Below, one piece after another: positions 1 to 7,548 of a stretch of DNA of 61,867 nucleotides (the first letter of the stretch is position 1; each line of letters starts with the position of its first letter). The translations under genes and the position numbers were made by a program. Under the pieces are notes generated by a model. That model saw only the letters and a list, made by a program, of their open reading frames with translations. It ran no database searches and was not told the DNA's origin. Source of the stretch: Aestuariivirga sp. (GTDB lineage: Bacteria > Pseudomonadota > Alphaproteobacteria > Rhizobiales > Aestuariivirgaceae); contig JBIIGF010000001.1 of the NCBI GenBank assembly GCA_044236665.1, positions 1 through 61,867 on the forward strand, in the 5' to 3' direction.

Positions 1-119
1 CCGTGAGGCCAGCGCCGTTTAAACTCCCCACCCGCCTCCTCATGCTCATAAAGCGCAGCCTTTTCCTCGTCGGTCAGCAGGCCGTAAGGCACCCGGTTGT
101 TGGTCATGTCTACGGTCAT
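1..119 (-). CDS. Hypothetical early protein, truncated at the window start (MTVDMTNNRVPYGLLTDEEK...)
   Basis: Manual translation; ATG overlaps the TGA of the upstream gene (ATGA); runs off the window edge. Confidence 0.55.
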   Translation of the reverse strand, partial: MTVDMTNNRVPYGLLTDEEKAALYEHEEAGGEFKRRWPH

Positions 120-184
120 TTTCCCCTCCTCGCCGGGCAGTCGCGGCCTTGGTTGCAGTCGTGTGTGCAGGGTGGGCAGGTCAT
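116..184 (-). CDS. 22-aa Cys-rich peptide (MTCPPCTHDCNQGRDCPARRGK)
   Basis: Manual translation; coupled by ATGA overlaps to both neighbours. Confidence 0.5.
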   Translation of the reverse strand: MTCPPCTHDCNQGRDCPARRGK

Positions 185-396
185 GGCTCCATCTCCACTT
201 CAACGGGCATGGAGGTGCATTCCATGCTGTAGTCATAGTCGAGGGCATCGCCCACTGGCACCATCGCCTTCTTGCAGGCGGCTTCGGTTAGGAACGGGAT
301 GCCATAGGTGCTGCCGTCAATCGGCCCGCCGTGCATCGTGATCCATAGGACTGTCACATATTCGATCATTCCGGTATTTCCTCCCCATTGAACCAA
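181..396 (-). CDS. Hypothetical early protein
   Basis: ORF in a tightly coupled leftward operon; true start probably the ATG at 369. Confidence 0.55.
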   Translation of the reverse strand: MVQWGGNTGMIEYVTVLWITMHGGPIDGSTYGIPFLTEAACKKAMVPVGDALDYDYSMECTSMPVEVEMEP

Positions 397-785
397 AGCT
401 CTGCGGCCTCTTTGTCAACGACAGCGATAGCATCACGCAAATCTCTCGCCGACTTCTTCCCGAAGTTGCGTTCCAGCATGACCTTGTTTAGGTCATGCTC
501 CCTCAGAAAGTCCCGTATTTTGACTGAATACAGCTCGCCACAGAGCAAATTTCTAATCGTATTAACCGTGCGGGTTGATAGAACTAGGTTGCCAATAGTG
601 TCGTTTGGAGCTGCAGCGACACTATCAATATACTCCTTCAAGTGGCGACCTCTAGCTTCGATCTGGCGCACCCGCTCAGAGCTTAGGCCATGTTCTTTGG
701 CAACGGCGCTGAGGGTTTTTCCACCCTCAACCCGCGCACGATAGATTTCCCAGTTTCTATCTGTCATTTTACCATATCCCGTCAT
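366..785 (-). CDS. Sigma70 region-4-like HTH fused to an RNA polymerase alpha-CTD-like domain
   Basis: N-terminal 'KTLSAVAKEHGLSSERVRQIEAR' (sigma70 r4 HTH pattern); C-terminal 'LSTRTVNTIRN...NFGKKSARDL' (alpha-CTD pattern). Confidence 0.7.
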   Translation of the reverse strand: MTGYGKMTDRNWEIYRARVEGGKTLSAVAKEHGLSSERVRQIEARGRHLKEYIDSVAAAPNDTIGNLVLSTRTVNTIRNLLCGELYSVKIRDFLREHDLNKVMLERNFGKKSARDLRDAIAVVDKEAAELWFNGEEIPE

Positions 786-997
786 TTCCGCCCCCGTTCC
801 CAAGCTGCGCGCGACAGCCGGTTGGCCAGTTCGTCCATGTCCTCGGTGCTGATCTGCTTGTTGTCCAAGATGGTCCAGTAGACGAGGTTCATGAACCGCT
901 TGGCGGGCATGACCTTCGCGGCGTTGATCAGCCCCTCGACCGCTTCCTGCTGCACATCGCGGCGCGGCATGGCCTCTTCTTTTTTCTTCCAGAACAT
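782..997 (-). CDS. Hypothetical protein (MFWKKKEEAM...)
   Basis: GGAGG RBS upstream of ATG 997; stop overlaps the next start. Confidence 0.6.
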   Translation of the reverse strand: MFWKKKEEAMPRRDVQQEAVEGLINAAKVMPAKRFMNLVYWTILDNKQISTEDMDELANRLSRAAWERGRK

Positions 998-1008
998 GTC
1001 TGCCTCCC

Positions 1009-1284
1009 TCAGTGTGCTGTTTGCTTGTTGGCGTGTTGATCGTCGTGCAGGTCTGCGGAGAGCCGCAGGCCGCGCGAGATCGCCTCGTTGCTGATCCCCT
1101 GAGACATCCCGTAGGTGTAGACCGTCGAGATGAGCGCAGAAATGATTTCGACTTGGGTCTTGAGGTACGCGCTGTGGATGGTCAGCGTCAGCGCGCACAG
1201 CTCGGAATTGTCCATCTCAGGCGGCAGTGCGCTCATCACGGCGTCTAGATGGGCTTCGGTAATGTTCTTGCTCAAAATGGGCAC
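1009..1284 (-). CDS. Hypothetical protein
   Basis: ORF with AAGGA RBS, in operon. Confidence 0.6.
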   Translation of the reverse strand: MPILSKNITEAHLDAVMSALPPEMDNSELCALTLTIHSAYLKTQVEIISALISTVYTYGMSQGISNEAISRGLRLSADLHDDQHANKQTAH

Positions 1285-1448
1285 TCCTTGCCTTGCTTGT
1301 ACCAGTCGCTGGTCTCCGCCTTTGGGTAGGCCTTGGGCTGGATCGGTTGTTTCGGTTGCTCCTTGGCCACGTCCCTCAACCCCATAAGGTCGAGGAACGC
1401 GCCGAGATCATTGTCGTCTGCCGTGCAGACCAGTTCCCACCGGGCCAT
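1272..1448 (-). CDS. Hypothetical 58-aa protein (MARWELVCTADD...KECPF)
   Basis: Manual translation; fills the gap between coupled genes. Confidence 0.5.
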   Translation of the reverse strand: MARWELVCTADDNDLGAFLDLMGLRDVAKEQPKQPIQPKAYPKAETSDWYKQGKECPF

Positions 1449-1651
1449 CACTGATCCTTCGGGGTCAGGGTGTAGCCCAGAGCGTCAGCCAGCTCATGCA
1501 GGTACTCGTGCATGGACTTGTAGTGATACAGGGCGGTGTCGTCATCGCGACCGTGCATCCAATAAGCGATCACGCTCTTTTCGGCGATCATCTGGGCGGG
1601 GTGGTGACCCTTGAGCAGGTCGGTCTGGGCTTCGGGAAGCTTGATATTCAT
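1448..1651 (-). CDS. Hypothetical protein
   Basis: GGAGAG RBS; first gene after the promoter at ~1684-1713. Confidence 0.6.
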   Translation of the reverse strand: MNIKLPEAQTDLLKGHHPAQMIAEKSVIAYWMHGRDDDTALYHYKSMHEYLHELADALGYTLTPKDQ

Positions 1652-1683
1652 GTCATCTCTCCAAGAAACATCGTGTGTGAAAA

Positions 1684-1713
1684 ACCATAATCCAATTGTA
1701 GGATTATGGTCAA
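1684..1713 (-). promoter_or_regulatory. Sigma70-like promoter embedded in a perfect 10-bp inverted repeat
   Basis: Minus strand TTGACC-N18-TATGGT; ACCATAATCC-N7-GGATTATGGT palindrome. Confidence 0.55.
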
Positions 1714-1741
1714 TCCCCTCGCGGAATTATTTTTGGGCCGG

Positions 1742-1927
1742 TTAAACCTCCCAACCCTGTTCCTTGGCGGCCTTGCGGATTGCCTTAATCACTTTTCTGG
1801 CCTGCTTTGCGTCCTGCAACCAGACGGTTTCCCCATCCTGCGTGACCTCGATGCTTTCGTCCCATGCACCAATGGTAATGGTGCTGTCATCTTCGCAGTT
1901 CTTGGCCTTTACCATGAAGGTCGTCAT
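1742..1927 (-). CDS. Hypothetical protein
   Basis: AGGAGG RBS then ATG 1927. Confidence 0.6.
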   Translation of the reverse strand: MTTFMVKAKNCEDDSTITIGAWDESIEVTQDGETVWLQDAKQARKVIKAIRKAAKEQGWEV

Positions 1928-1928
1928 C

Positions 1929-2561
1929 TCACACCTCCTCCTCAATCATGGTTTCGTCGCAGTCGCCGCAGATGATCCGCATGCCCTGCTTGGCCCAAGC
2001 CTTGGCATCGCAGCACGGGCAGGTGTGCTTGAGCTTCGACAGGTCTTTCTTCTTGGTCTTGGTCCCAGCCCCAGCGGGCTGCGTGAAGTACGGTAGATCG
2101 AACGGCATCAGCTTGTCGAAGGCGGTCAGGAAGTCGCCCATCGGGTCGATGTAGTGCGTCATCTGGCGGCCCGTCTGCTTGCCGCCCGGCTCACCGGTGT
2201 TCGACGGGATCAGGCCGATCCGCTCCATCAGGCCAACCCACTCGCGATTGTGGTGACCCTTCTTGCCGGGCGTGCCGTACTCTTGCTGCTCAAGGTGGGT
2301 CATCTCGTGCACCAGCGTGGACAGGACGTCCACCAGATCGCGACCCATGGTGTTGGGGTTCAGGGCAATCTCGTGGGTGGTGTCACCGTCGGTGCGGTGC
2401 TTGAACTGCTCGGGCCAGAAGTAGCCGTTGGCCTTGCCCTTGCGGGTCAGAGTGAACAGCACCGGCGGCAGGCGGTTCTCGAACAGGTGCTCGTTGAAGT
2501 GGTTGAAGGCTTTGTCGAGGCCTTCGTAGGTTTCGGCGGTCGGGGTTTGGTAGTTGGTCAT
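1929..2561 (-). CDS. SprT-like zinc metalloprotease domain protein
   Basis: HEMTH (HExxH) followed by 'GHHNREW'; C-terminal CPCC/CGDC zinc ribbon. Confidence 0.8.
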   Translation of the reverse strand: MTNYQTPTAETYEGLDKAFNHFNEHLFENRLPPVLFTLTRKGKANGYFWPEQFKHRTDGDTTHEIALNPNTMGRDLVDVLSTLVHEMTHLEQQEYGTPGKKGHHNREWVGLMERIGLIPSNTGEPGGKQTGRQMTHYIDPMGDFLTAFDKLMPFDLPYFTQPAGAGTKTKKKDLSKLKHTCPCCDAKAWAKQGMRIICGDCDETMIEEEV

Positions 2562-2584
2562 GGTCATCTCCTGTTTCAATAAGA

Positions 2585-2630
2585 ACACCCTACATCGTAC
2601 GATACACAGCGTCAACAATCAAAATGTGGG
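2585..2630 (-). promoter_or_regulatory. Early promoter repeat, copy 1
   Basis: TTGACG-N17-TAGGGT with central ATCGTACGAT palindrome; upstream CCCACATT box. Confidence 0.75.
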
Positions 2631-2646
2631 TTTTCCAATTCTCCCA

Positions 2647-2964
2647 TCAAGTGCGCTTCATGGGGCGAGTGCGGAAGAAGCCCGCGTATTGGGGGTTTTC
2701 GGCCATGAAAAGGCGCGAGTAGAGCGCAATGAAGTCGTTCCTAATCTTGTAATCGTCACCTCTGGTGACGATGCTGGTCTCCCAGCGGATGCGGTTGACG
2801 ACAAGCCATGCGCTTAGGTTCCGATGACCCTTCGAGATAGCCTCTCGTGTGAAGCGGCAGAAGAGCTCGTAGAACTCCGGGTTTTCGCTGTGCCACAGCT
2901 TCCATGAGGTGAGCAGAGGGCCGTCGAGGGCGTCTTTTTCTAGGGTGATGTGTTCGTAGGTCAT
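2647..2964 (-). CDS. Hypothetical phage protein
   Basis: ORF with GGAG RBS and phage-like codon use. Confidence 0.65.
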   Translation of the reverse strand: MTYEHITLEKDALDGPLLTSWKLWHSENPEFYELFCRFTREAISKGHRNLSAWLVVNRIRWETSIVTRGDDYKIRNDFIALYSRLFMAENPQYAGFFRTRPMKRT

Positions 2965-2969
2965 GCTGA

Positions 2970-3239
2970 TTACTCCGGTTTATGGTGGATGGCGTCCCAA
3001 ACGGGGACGGGGTGTTTGAGGGGCGCGATGTCGGTGCGGCCCTGACGGCCCTCAGGCCAAAGCCTGCGGTACTCGGCCTCGGCGGCCTCCAGCGTGTCGA
3101 ACTTCATGATCTCGTTGCCGTAGGGCGTCCAGTACGCGCCACGGCGGTGCTCGGGCCGCATCAGGTAAATGTGGTAGGGAACGACCGGATCGCGCCCGTT
3201 CCAGTCGCTCGTGGACATGCTGCGGATCACGTAGGTCAT
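2970..3239 (-). CDS. Hypothetical protein
   Basis: GGAGG RBS; coupled to the upstream gene. Confidence 0.6.
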   Translation of the reverse strand: MTYVIRSMSTSDWNGRDPVVPYHIYLMRPEHRRGAYWTPYGNEIMKFDTLEAAEAEYRRLWPEGRQGRTDIAPLKHPVPVWDAIHHKPE

Positions 3240-3400
3240 TCTGCGTCCTCCACGTTGGCGCGGATGCAATCGAAGGCGTGGTCAAGGTCTTCGCAGTTGC
3301 TGACGCGACCGCAGGGGTGGGTCACATCCCAAGTGCCGTGGTGACCCACCTCAACGAGGTAGATGCCGTCGACGGTGTTGATGGTGTAACGGTTGAGCAT
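3236..3400 (-). CDS. Hypothetical protein (MLNRYTINTVDG...)
   Basis: Coupled ORF. Confidence 0.5.
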   Translation of the reverse strand: MLNRYTINTVDGIYLVEVGHHGTWDVTHPCGRVSNCEDLDHAFDCIRANVEDAE

Positions 3401-3582
3401 CACAGCTTCTCCCACGAGGACTTGTGCTTGTCGCCCTGCCAGCCGTGGCCAGAGGACGTGTCGCTCACGCGGACGATTGCCCAGCCGTGGTCGTTCCACT
3501 CGGTCAGGCGCTCGTAGGTCGCGACACCCTTGTGGCCCCAGCTGTCGCGCGTTTCGATGGTCTTGGTCTCGAGTATGGTCAT
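3400..3582 (-). CDS. Hypothetical protein
   Basis: GAGGAG RBS; first gene after promoter copy 2. Confidence 0.6.
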   Translation of the reverse strand: MTILETKTIETRDSWGHKGVATYERLTEWNDHGWAIVRVSDTSSGHGWQGDKHKSSWEKL

Positions 3583-3603
3583 GTTTATCTCCTCTTCACT
3601 GAA

Positions 3604-3650
3604 GACACCCTAGATCGTACGATACAGGGTGTCAACAATTCATTTGTGGG
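3604..3650 (-). promoter_or_regulatory. Early promoter repeat, copy 2
   Basis: TTGACA-N17-TAGGGT; GACACCCT-ag-ATCGTACGAT-ac-AGGGTGTC inverted repeat. Confidence 0.8.
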
Positions 3651-3653
3651 AAT

Positions 3654-4121
3654 TCACACAGAGACAGGAAGAATTATCGTCTCGGCCACGCGCTCCCGGC
3701 ATGCCTTTTTGTGCGCCAGCTTGACCGCCAGATCGTGCCGCCCGCACCAGCCTTCGACGGCCCACGCGGTGAAGTCGGTCCTCTCAATGGAGGCCAAGGC
3801 ATCGGCCAGATTGACGCTCCACAATTGGTCCGGTGTCGTGCAGCCTCTCAGGAAGTGGCGGGCGCGCTCGATGTCCTGCTCGACCCGGCGCTTGAACTGG
3901 GCGTCGTCCTTCTCGTGGGGCGCACGCTCCAACCACTTCGACGTGCCGTCGAGGAACGCGTGGTGATACCAAAAGTTCTCCTTGTGCCAGTGCGGCCTCA
4001 CGTTGGCGAGGCGTATGGCTGCCTCCTTGCTGTCCCGGTACAGGACCGCATGAGTGTAGGTCCGCATGGTGTTGCGGGTGTGCTTCTTGCCGTTGGCATC
4101 GATCACGAAATAATTGTTCAT
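3654..4121 (-). CDS. Hypothetical protein
   Basis: AGGAGG RBS then ATG 4121. Confidence 0.65.
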   Translation of the reverse strand: MNNYFVIDANGKKHTRNTMRTYTHAVLYRDSKEAAIRLANVRPHWHKENFWYHHAFLDGTSKWLERAPHEKDDAQFKRRVEQDIERARHFLRGCTTPDQLWSVNLADALASIERTDFTAWAVEGWCGRHDLAVKLAHKKACRERVAETIILPVSV

Positions 4122-4122
4122 C

Positions 4123-4740
4123 TCACACCTCCTTCGGTCTGCTGATTTTGGTTTGCCGCACACCATCGCGGATGTCGTGCTCCTTGACGGTGGCTTTCAC
4201 GCTCACCTTGCCGCCGCGCTCGCCGAGGCAGTTGGTGCCCTTGTAAACGACCACGTTACCGTCCGCGTCATGCATGACGTGCAGGTAGCTGTAGCCGTAC
4301 TGACCCTCCATCGCGATGACCATGCGGATGGTCAGGTTGAACACGCGGCGCTCACCGACCTCGCCGACCCAGCCCGACTTGTCGGCGTCGGCCTGACGTG
4401 CTTCCTCGCGAGCCTTGGCGCGCTCTGCCACGCGGGTCTCGCCACGCTCGATCATGGCCAACACGGTCTTGGTCTGGCCGTCGGTCAGGCCGCCCCACTC
4501 GTTCACGCTTTCGCGCATCTTAACAAAGAAATCGCCGAGGCAGGCTTTCACGACCGGGTGGGTGTCGTGGAAAAAACCGTCATCGCGGTAGGTCGGCTCG
4601 AACTCGTCCAGTTCGAACAGGAATGCGTTGGCGCGAGCACCCTCAGCGGTGGCCAGCCACTTGGCTGCGCGGGTCTTGCGGGCGTTGATTTGGATGTTGC
4701 GCCGGATGGCGGCTTCGTAGCGGGCTTCATTCTGGATCAT
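4123..4740 (-). CDS. Hypothetical protein with a probable C-terminal OB-fold
   Basis: 'GEVGERRVFNLTI...DADGNVVVYKG...VKATVKEH...QTKISRP' beta-rich pattern. Confidence 0.65.
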   Translation of the reverse strand: MIQNEARYEAAIRRNIQINARKTRAAKWLATAEGARANAFLFELDEFEPTYRDDGFFHDTHPVVKACLGDFFVKMRESVNEWGGLTDGQTKTVLAMIERGETRVAERAKAREEARQADADKSGWVGEVGERRVFNLTIRMVIAMEGQYGYSYLHVMHDADGNVVVYKGTNCLGERGGKVSVKATVKEHDIRDGVRQTKISRPKEV

Positions 4741-4768
4741 GATGGTCTCCCTTTCTCTCTAACTGAAA

Positions 4769-4814
4769 ACACCCTACATCGTACGATGCAGGGTGTCAAC
4801 AATCTTAATGTGAG
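4769..4814 (-). promoter_or_regulatory. Early promoter repeat, copy 3
   Basis: TTGACA-N17-TAGGGT; 28-bp near-perfect palindrome ACACCCTACATCGTACGATGCAGGGTGT. Confidence 0.8.
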
Positions 4815-4929
4815 AATTCACATAAACCTGCGTTCGTATTCCTCTCGCAGGGCTATCATCGCTCGGGGGTGTGTGAAGAAGGGTCGAGCCCGTGTCTTTG
4901 CCACACGCATCAGAGCGATGATTGTCTTG

Positions 4930-5091
4930 TCACTCAGGCTTTGCAGGTTCATCGCCACAGACCTCGATCAGGGCATCAGCCATCGCGGCGGCCTGATATG
5001 CCAGCTGGTACGGTGACCAGTGGGCCTCTATGGCGTGGGGGACCAGCGCCGCTGCCATCTGGGTGGCGATCTCAAGACGTTTACTTTCCAT
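4930..5091 (-). CDS. Small hypothetical protein (MESKRLEIATQMAAAL...)
   Basis: Manual translation; overlaps the upstream stop. Confidence 0.45.
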   Translation of the reverse strand: MESKRLEIATQMAAALVPHAIEAHWSPYQLAYQAAAMADALIEVCGDEPAKPE

Positions 5092-5338
5092 CGGTTTGCT
5101 CCTTCAGCATCAGTACCGCGTTCTGCGCCCAGCGGCGCACTTCCTCGACCTTCCGGATCATCTCCAGTCGTTCGTCCGTGTCGGCGCGGAAATCCTCGAA
5201 GCTCTCGGGATAATTCCGGCCATGAATGGTCAGATCGGCCACCCGGTCACGCAGCTTGTTGGCCGCGTTGTAGATGTCCATGAATTCTCCGATCAGGGTC
5301 GTGCCCCGGTCGCCGTTCAGATTTACCTTCATCCGCAT
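5081..5338 (-). CDS. Hypothetical protein
   Basis: GGAGG RBS then ATG 5338. Confidence 0.6.
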   Translation of the reverse strand: MRMKVNLNGDRGTTLIGEFMDIYNAANKLRDRVADLTIHGRNYPESFEDFRADTDERLEMIRKVEEVRRWAQNAVLMLKEQTDGK

Positions 5339-5466
5339 GTCTGCACCTCCATGCCCGGACACTGCCCGATAAAAAAATCGACGTCAACATCGAAAATGTT
5401 CTTGAACCCACATTCACTATGTTGTACACCGTACGAACAACTAACCGTGTTCTTTAGGAGACTGAC

Positions 5467-5739
5467 ATGACCATCAACGTGAACATCACCCTCGCCGACC
5501 GTTACGCCGCTGTCCGCGCCGCTCGTGATGCGGCCCAGAAAGAACTCGACGCCCTGTCCAAAGAGATCAAGGCTATGGGCCAAGAAGTCCTTCACGGCGT
5601 CACCTGCGACCTGCACCTGTGCCTGTCCGAGCAGATGCGTGTTGACCAGTCGCTGATCGACCCCGCCATCGTTGAGGCTGCCCGCCGCCCGGTCCTCGTC
5701 GAGACCATCCGCGTCAAGGCCAAGGGCATCGCAGCATGA
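5467..5739 (+). CDS. Hypothetical protein (divergent two-gene unit)
   Basis: TAGGAG RBS; strongly biased codons. Confidence 0.7.
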   Translation: MTINVNITLADRYAAVRAARDAAQKELDALSKEIKAMGQEVLHGVTCDLHLCLSEQMRVDQSLIDPAIVEAARRPVLVETIRVKAKGIAA

Positions 5740-5945
5740 TCCGCCGTTATTTCATCTGCAGCAGTGATGCTTACATCGTTGGCGTCCACAAAACCTTCCA
5801 GCTTGCCAATCATCACCTGCGGTCCATGGAGGCCCACTACGTAGAGGAGGGCTACAAGATCATCGATAAAAGTCGAGAGCACTCGATCCTCGCCGATTGC
5901 CGATGGATCGTCAGGATTTACATTCAGCGCGTCGATTTCGACTGA
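5736..5945 (+). CDS. Hypothetical protein
   Basis: ATGA-coupled to the previous gene. Confidence 0.5.
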   Translation: MIRRYFICSSDAYIVGVHKTFQLANHHLRSMEAHYVEEGYKIIDKSREHSILADCRWIVRIYIQRVDFD

Positions 5946-5963
5946 GACCATCGAAGCACCTCG

Positions 5964-7298
5964 TCATCTTTTCAGCGCGTCCAGAAGGCTCTTTTGCGTG
6001 GCATCCTTGTTGCGCAAGACCCCGAGGACGCGCTGGTCAATTGTATTGTTCGACACGATATGCGCGATCCGCACCGGGCGCGTCTGGCCCTGCCGGTGAA
6101 GGCGGGCGTTGAATTGCTGGTAGTATTCGAGCGACCAGTTCAGCCCAAACCACACGCACAGCGCGCCACCCTTCTGCAGGTTCAGGCCGTGCCCAGCCGA
6201 CGCCGGGTGCGCCAACAGCATCGGGATTTCCCCACGGTTCCAAGCGTCGATGGTCTCCTGCTTTTTGTCCAAGACCCGCGCCTGCGGAAACCGCTCCACC
6301 AGACGCTCGAGATCGCTCTTGTAATTGTAGGCCACCAGCATGGTCTCGCCGGGGTTATCCTCGACAATCTCTGCCAGAGCGTCGAGCTTGGCGGTATGGG
6401 TCTCTGACCACGCCCCTGAGCCGTCGGTGTACAGCGCGCCATTGGCGTATTGCAGAAGCTTGTTCGCCAGCACCGCCGCCGTTGCCGCCTCAACCTCTTC
6501 GCCGTCGATCTCGGCCAGCATCGTACGTTCGAAGTCCAGATAACCGACCATCACATCGGGCGGCAGGTCGATGCCAACCGTCAGGTCGATGCGCGCGGGC
6601 ATGTCGAGGTAATCCTCCGCGTTCATGTGCACGACCTTGTCCAACAGCAACCCGTGTATCCTGTCTGCCGATCCGGGCCGGAGTTCGAACTTGCGCCCGA
6701 AATAGTCAGCCTCAAAGAACCGCTGCTTGTAGCCTGTCAGCGTACGCCCGAGGCGCTCGCCGTAGTCGATCAGGTACATCTGCGGCCAGAGGTCCAAGAG
6801 GCCGTTTGGCGATGGTGTGCCGGTCAGGAGCACCATCGCGTCGATGTGCGGCAGCATCTTCCGCAGAGCCTTGAAGCGCTTGCTGGAGGCGCTCTTGAAG
6901 CTACTGCTCTCGTCTATCACCACCACGTCAAACGGCCACTTGGAGCCATAGTTTTCGACCAACCACGGCACGTTCTCACGGTTGATGACGTACACGTCCG
7001 CATCGAGCGCCAACGCGCCTCTGCGGGCCTTGTCCGACCCGGTGCAGACCGAGACCCGCAGGTGCCTGAGATGCTCCCACAGCCGCGTTTCCTGCGCCCA
7101 CACGCTGTTGGCAACGCGCAGGGGTGCGATGACCAAGACCTTGTTGGCCATGAAGCCGTCCAGCATGTCGCTGATGGCTGTCAGGGTCGACGTCGTCTTG
7201 CCCAGACCCATGTCCAGCGCCAACATGCACCGCCGCTCGCGCAGCACGAAATCAATCGCCTTGCGCTGGTAGCCGTGCAGGTCATCCCGAGAAAGCAT
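5964..7298 (-). CDS. SNF2-family (SF2) helicase
   Basis: DMGLGKT (motif I), DESS (II), TGTP (III), GHGLNLQ, QFNARLHRQGQ (VI). Confidence 0.92.
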   Translation of the reverse strand: MLSRDDLHGYQRKAIDFVLRERRCMLALDMGLGKTTSTLTAISDMLDGFMANKVLVIAPLRVANSVWAQETRLWEHLRHLRVSVCTGSDKARRGALALDADVYVINRENVPWLVENYGSKWPFDVVVIDESSSFKSASSKRFKALRKMLPHIDAMVLLTGTPSPNGLLDLWPQMYLIDYGERLGRTLTGYKQRFFEADYFGRKFELRPGSADRIHGLLLDKVVHMNAEDYLDMPARIDLTVGIDLPPDVMVGYLDFERTMLAEIDGEEVEAATAAVLANKLLQYANGALYTDGSGAWSETHTAKLDALAEIVEDNPGETMLVAYNYKSDLERLVERFPQARVLDKKQETIDAWNRGEIPMLLAHPASAGHGLNLQKGGALCVWFGLNWSLEYYQQFNARLHRQGQTRPVRIAHIVSNNTIDQRVLGVLRNKDATQKSLLDALKR

Positions 7299-7548
7299 TT
7301 GCGGCCTCCATGCTGTCGATCACCAAGACCCGGCAGCCGAGCCTCCGGCGGGTCTCGTGGTCGCGCTCCTGCAGGGGCGTCGGCTTCTTGCCGGGGGCCT
7401 TCAGCTCGACAAAGACAATCGAGCCGCCGGGAAGCGTGACAAGGCGGTCAGGGACCGACCGCCTGCCCGGAGAAACAAACTTCTCGCAGAGGCCCCCGAG
7501 AAGCTTAACCCGCTTGCACAGCGCGTTTTCAATGTTTTTCTCAAGCAT
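7282..7548 (-). CDS. VRR-NUC domain nuclease
   Basis: 'EKNIE...SPGRRSVPDRLV...FVELKAPG..PTPLQ' PD-(D/E)xK pattern. Confidence 0.88.
   Translation of the reverse strand: MLEKNIENALCKRVKLLGGLCEKFVSPGRRSVPDRLVTLPGGSIVFVELKAPGKKPTPLQERDHETRRRLGCRVLVIDSMEAANAFSG

Noticed and set aside
2585-4814. Palindromic repeats as a CRISPR array or integron attC sites
   Set aside because: Spacing is about 1 kb with genes between, they match sigma70 promoters, and there is no cas operon or integron integrase.
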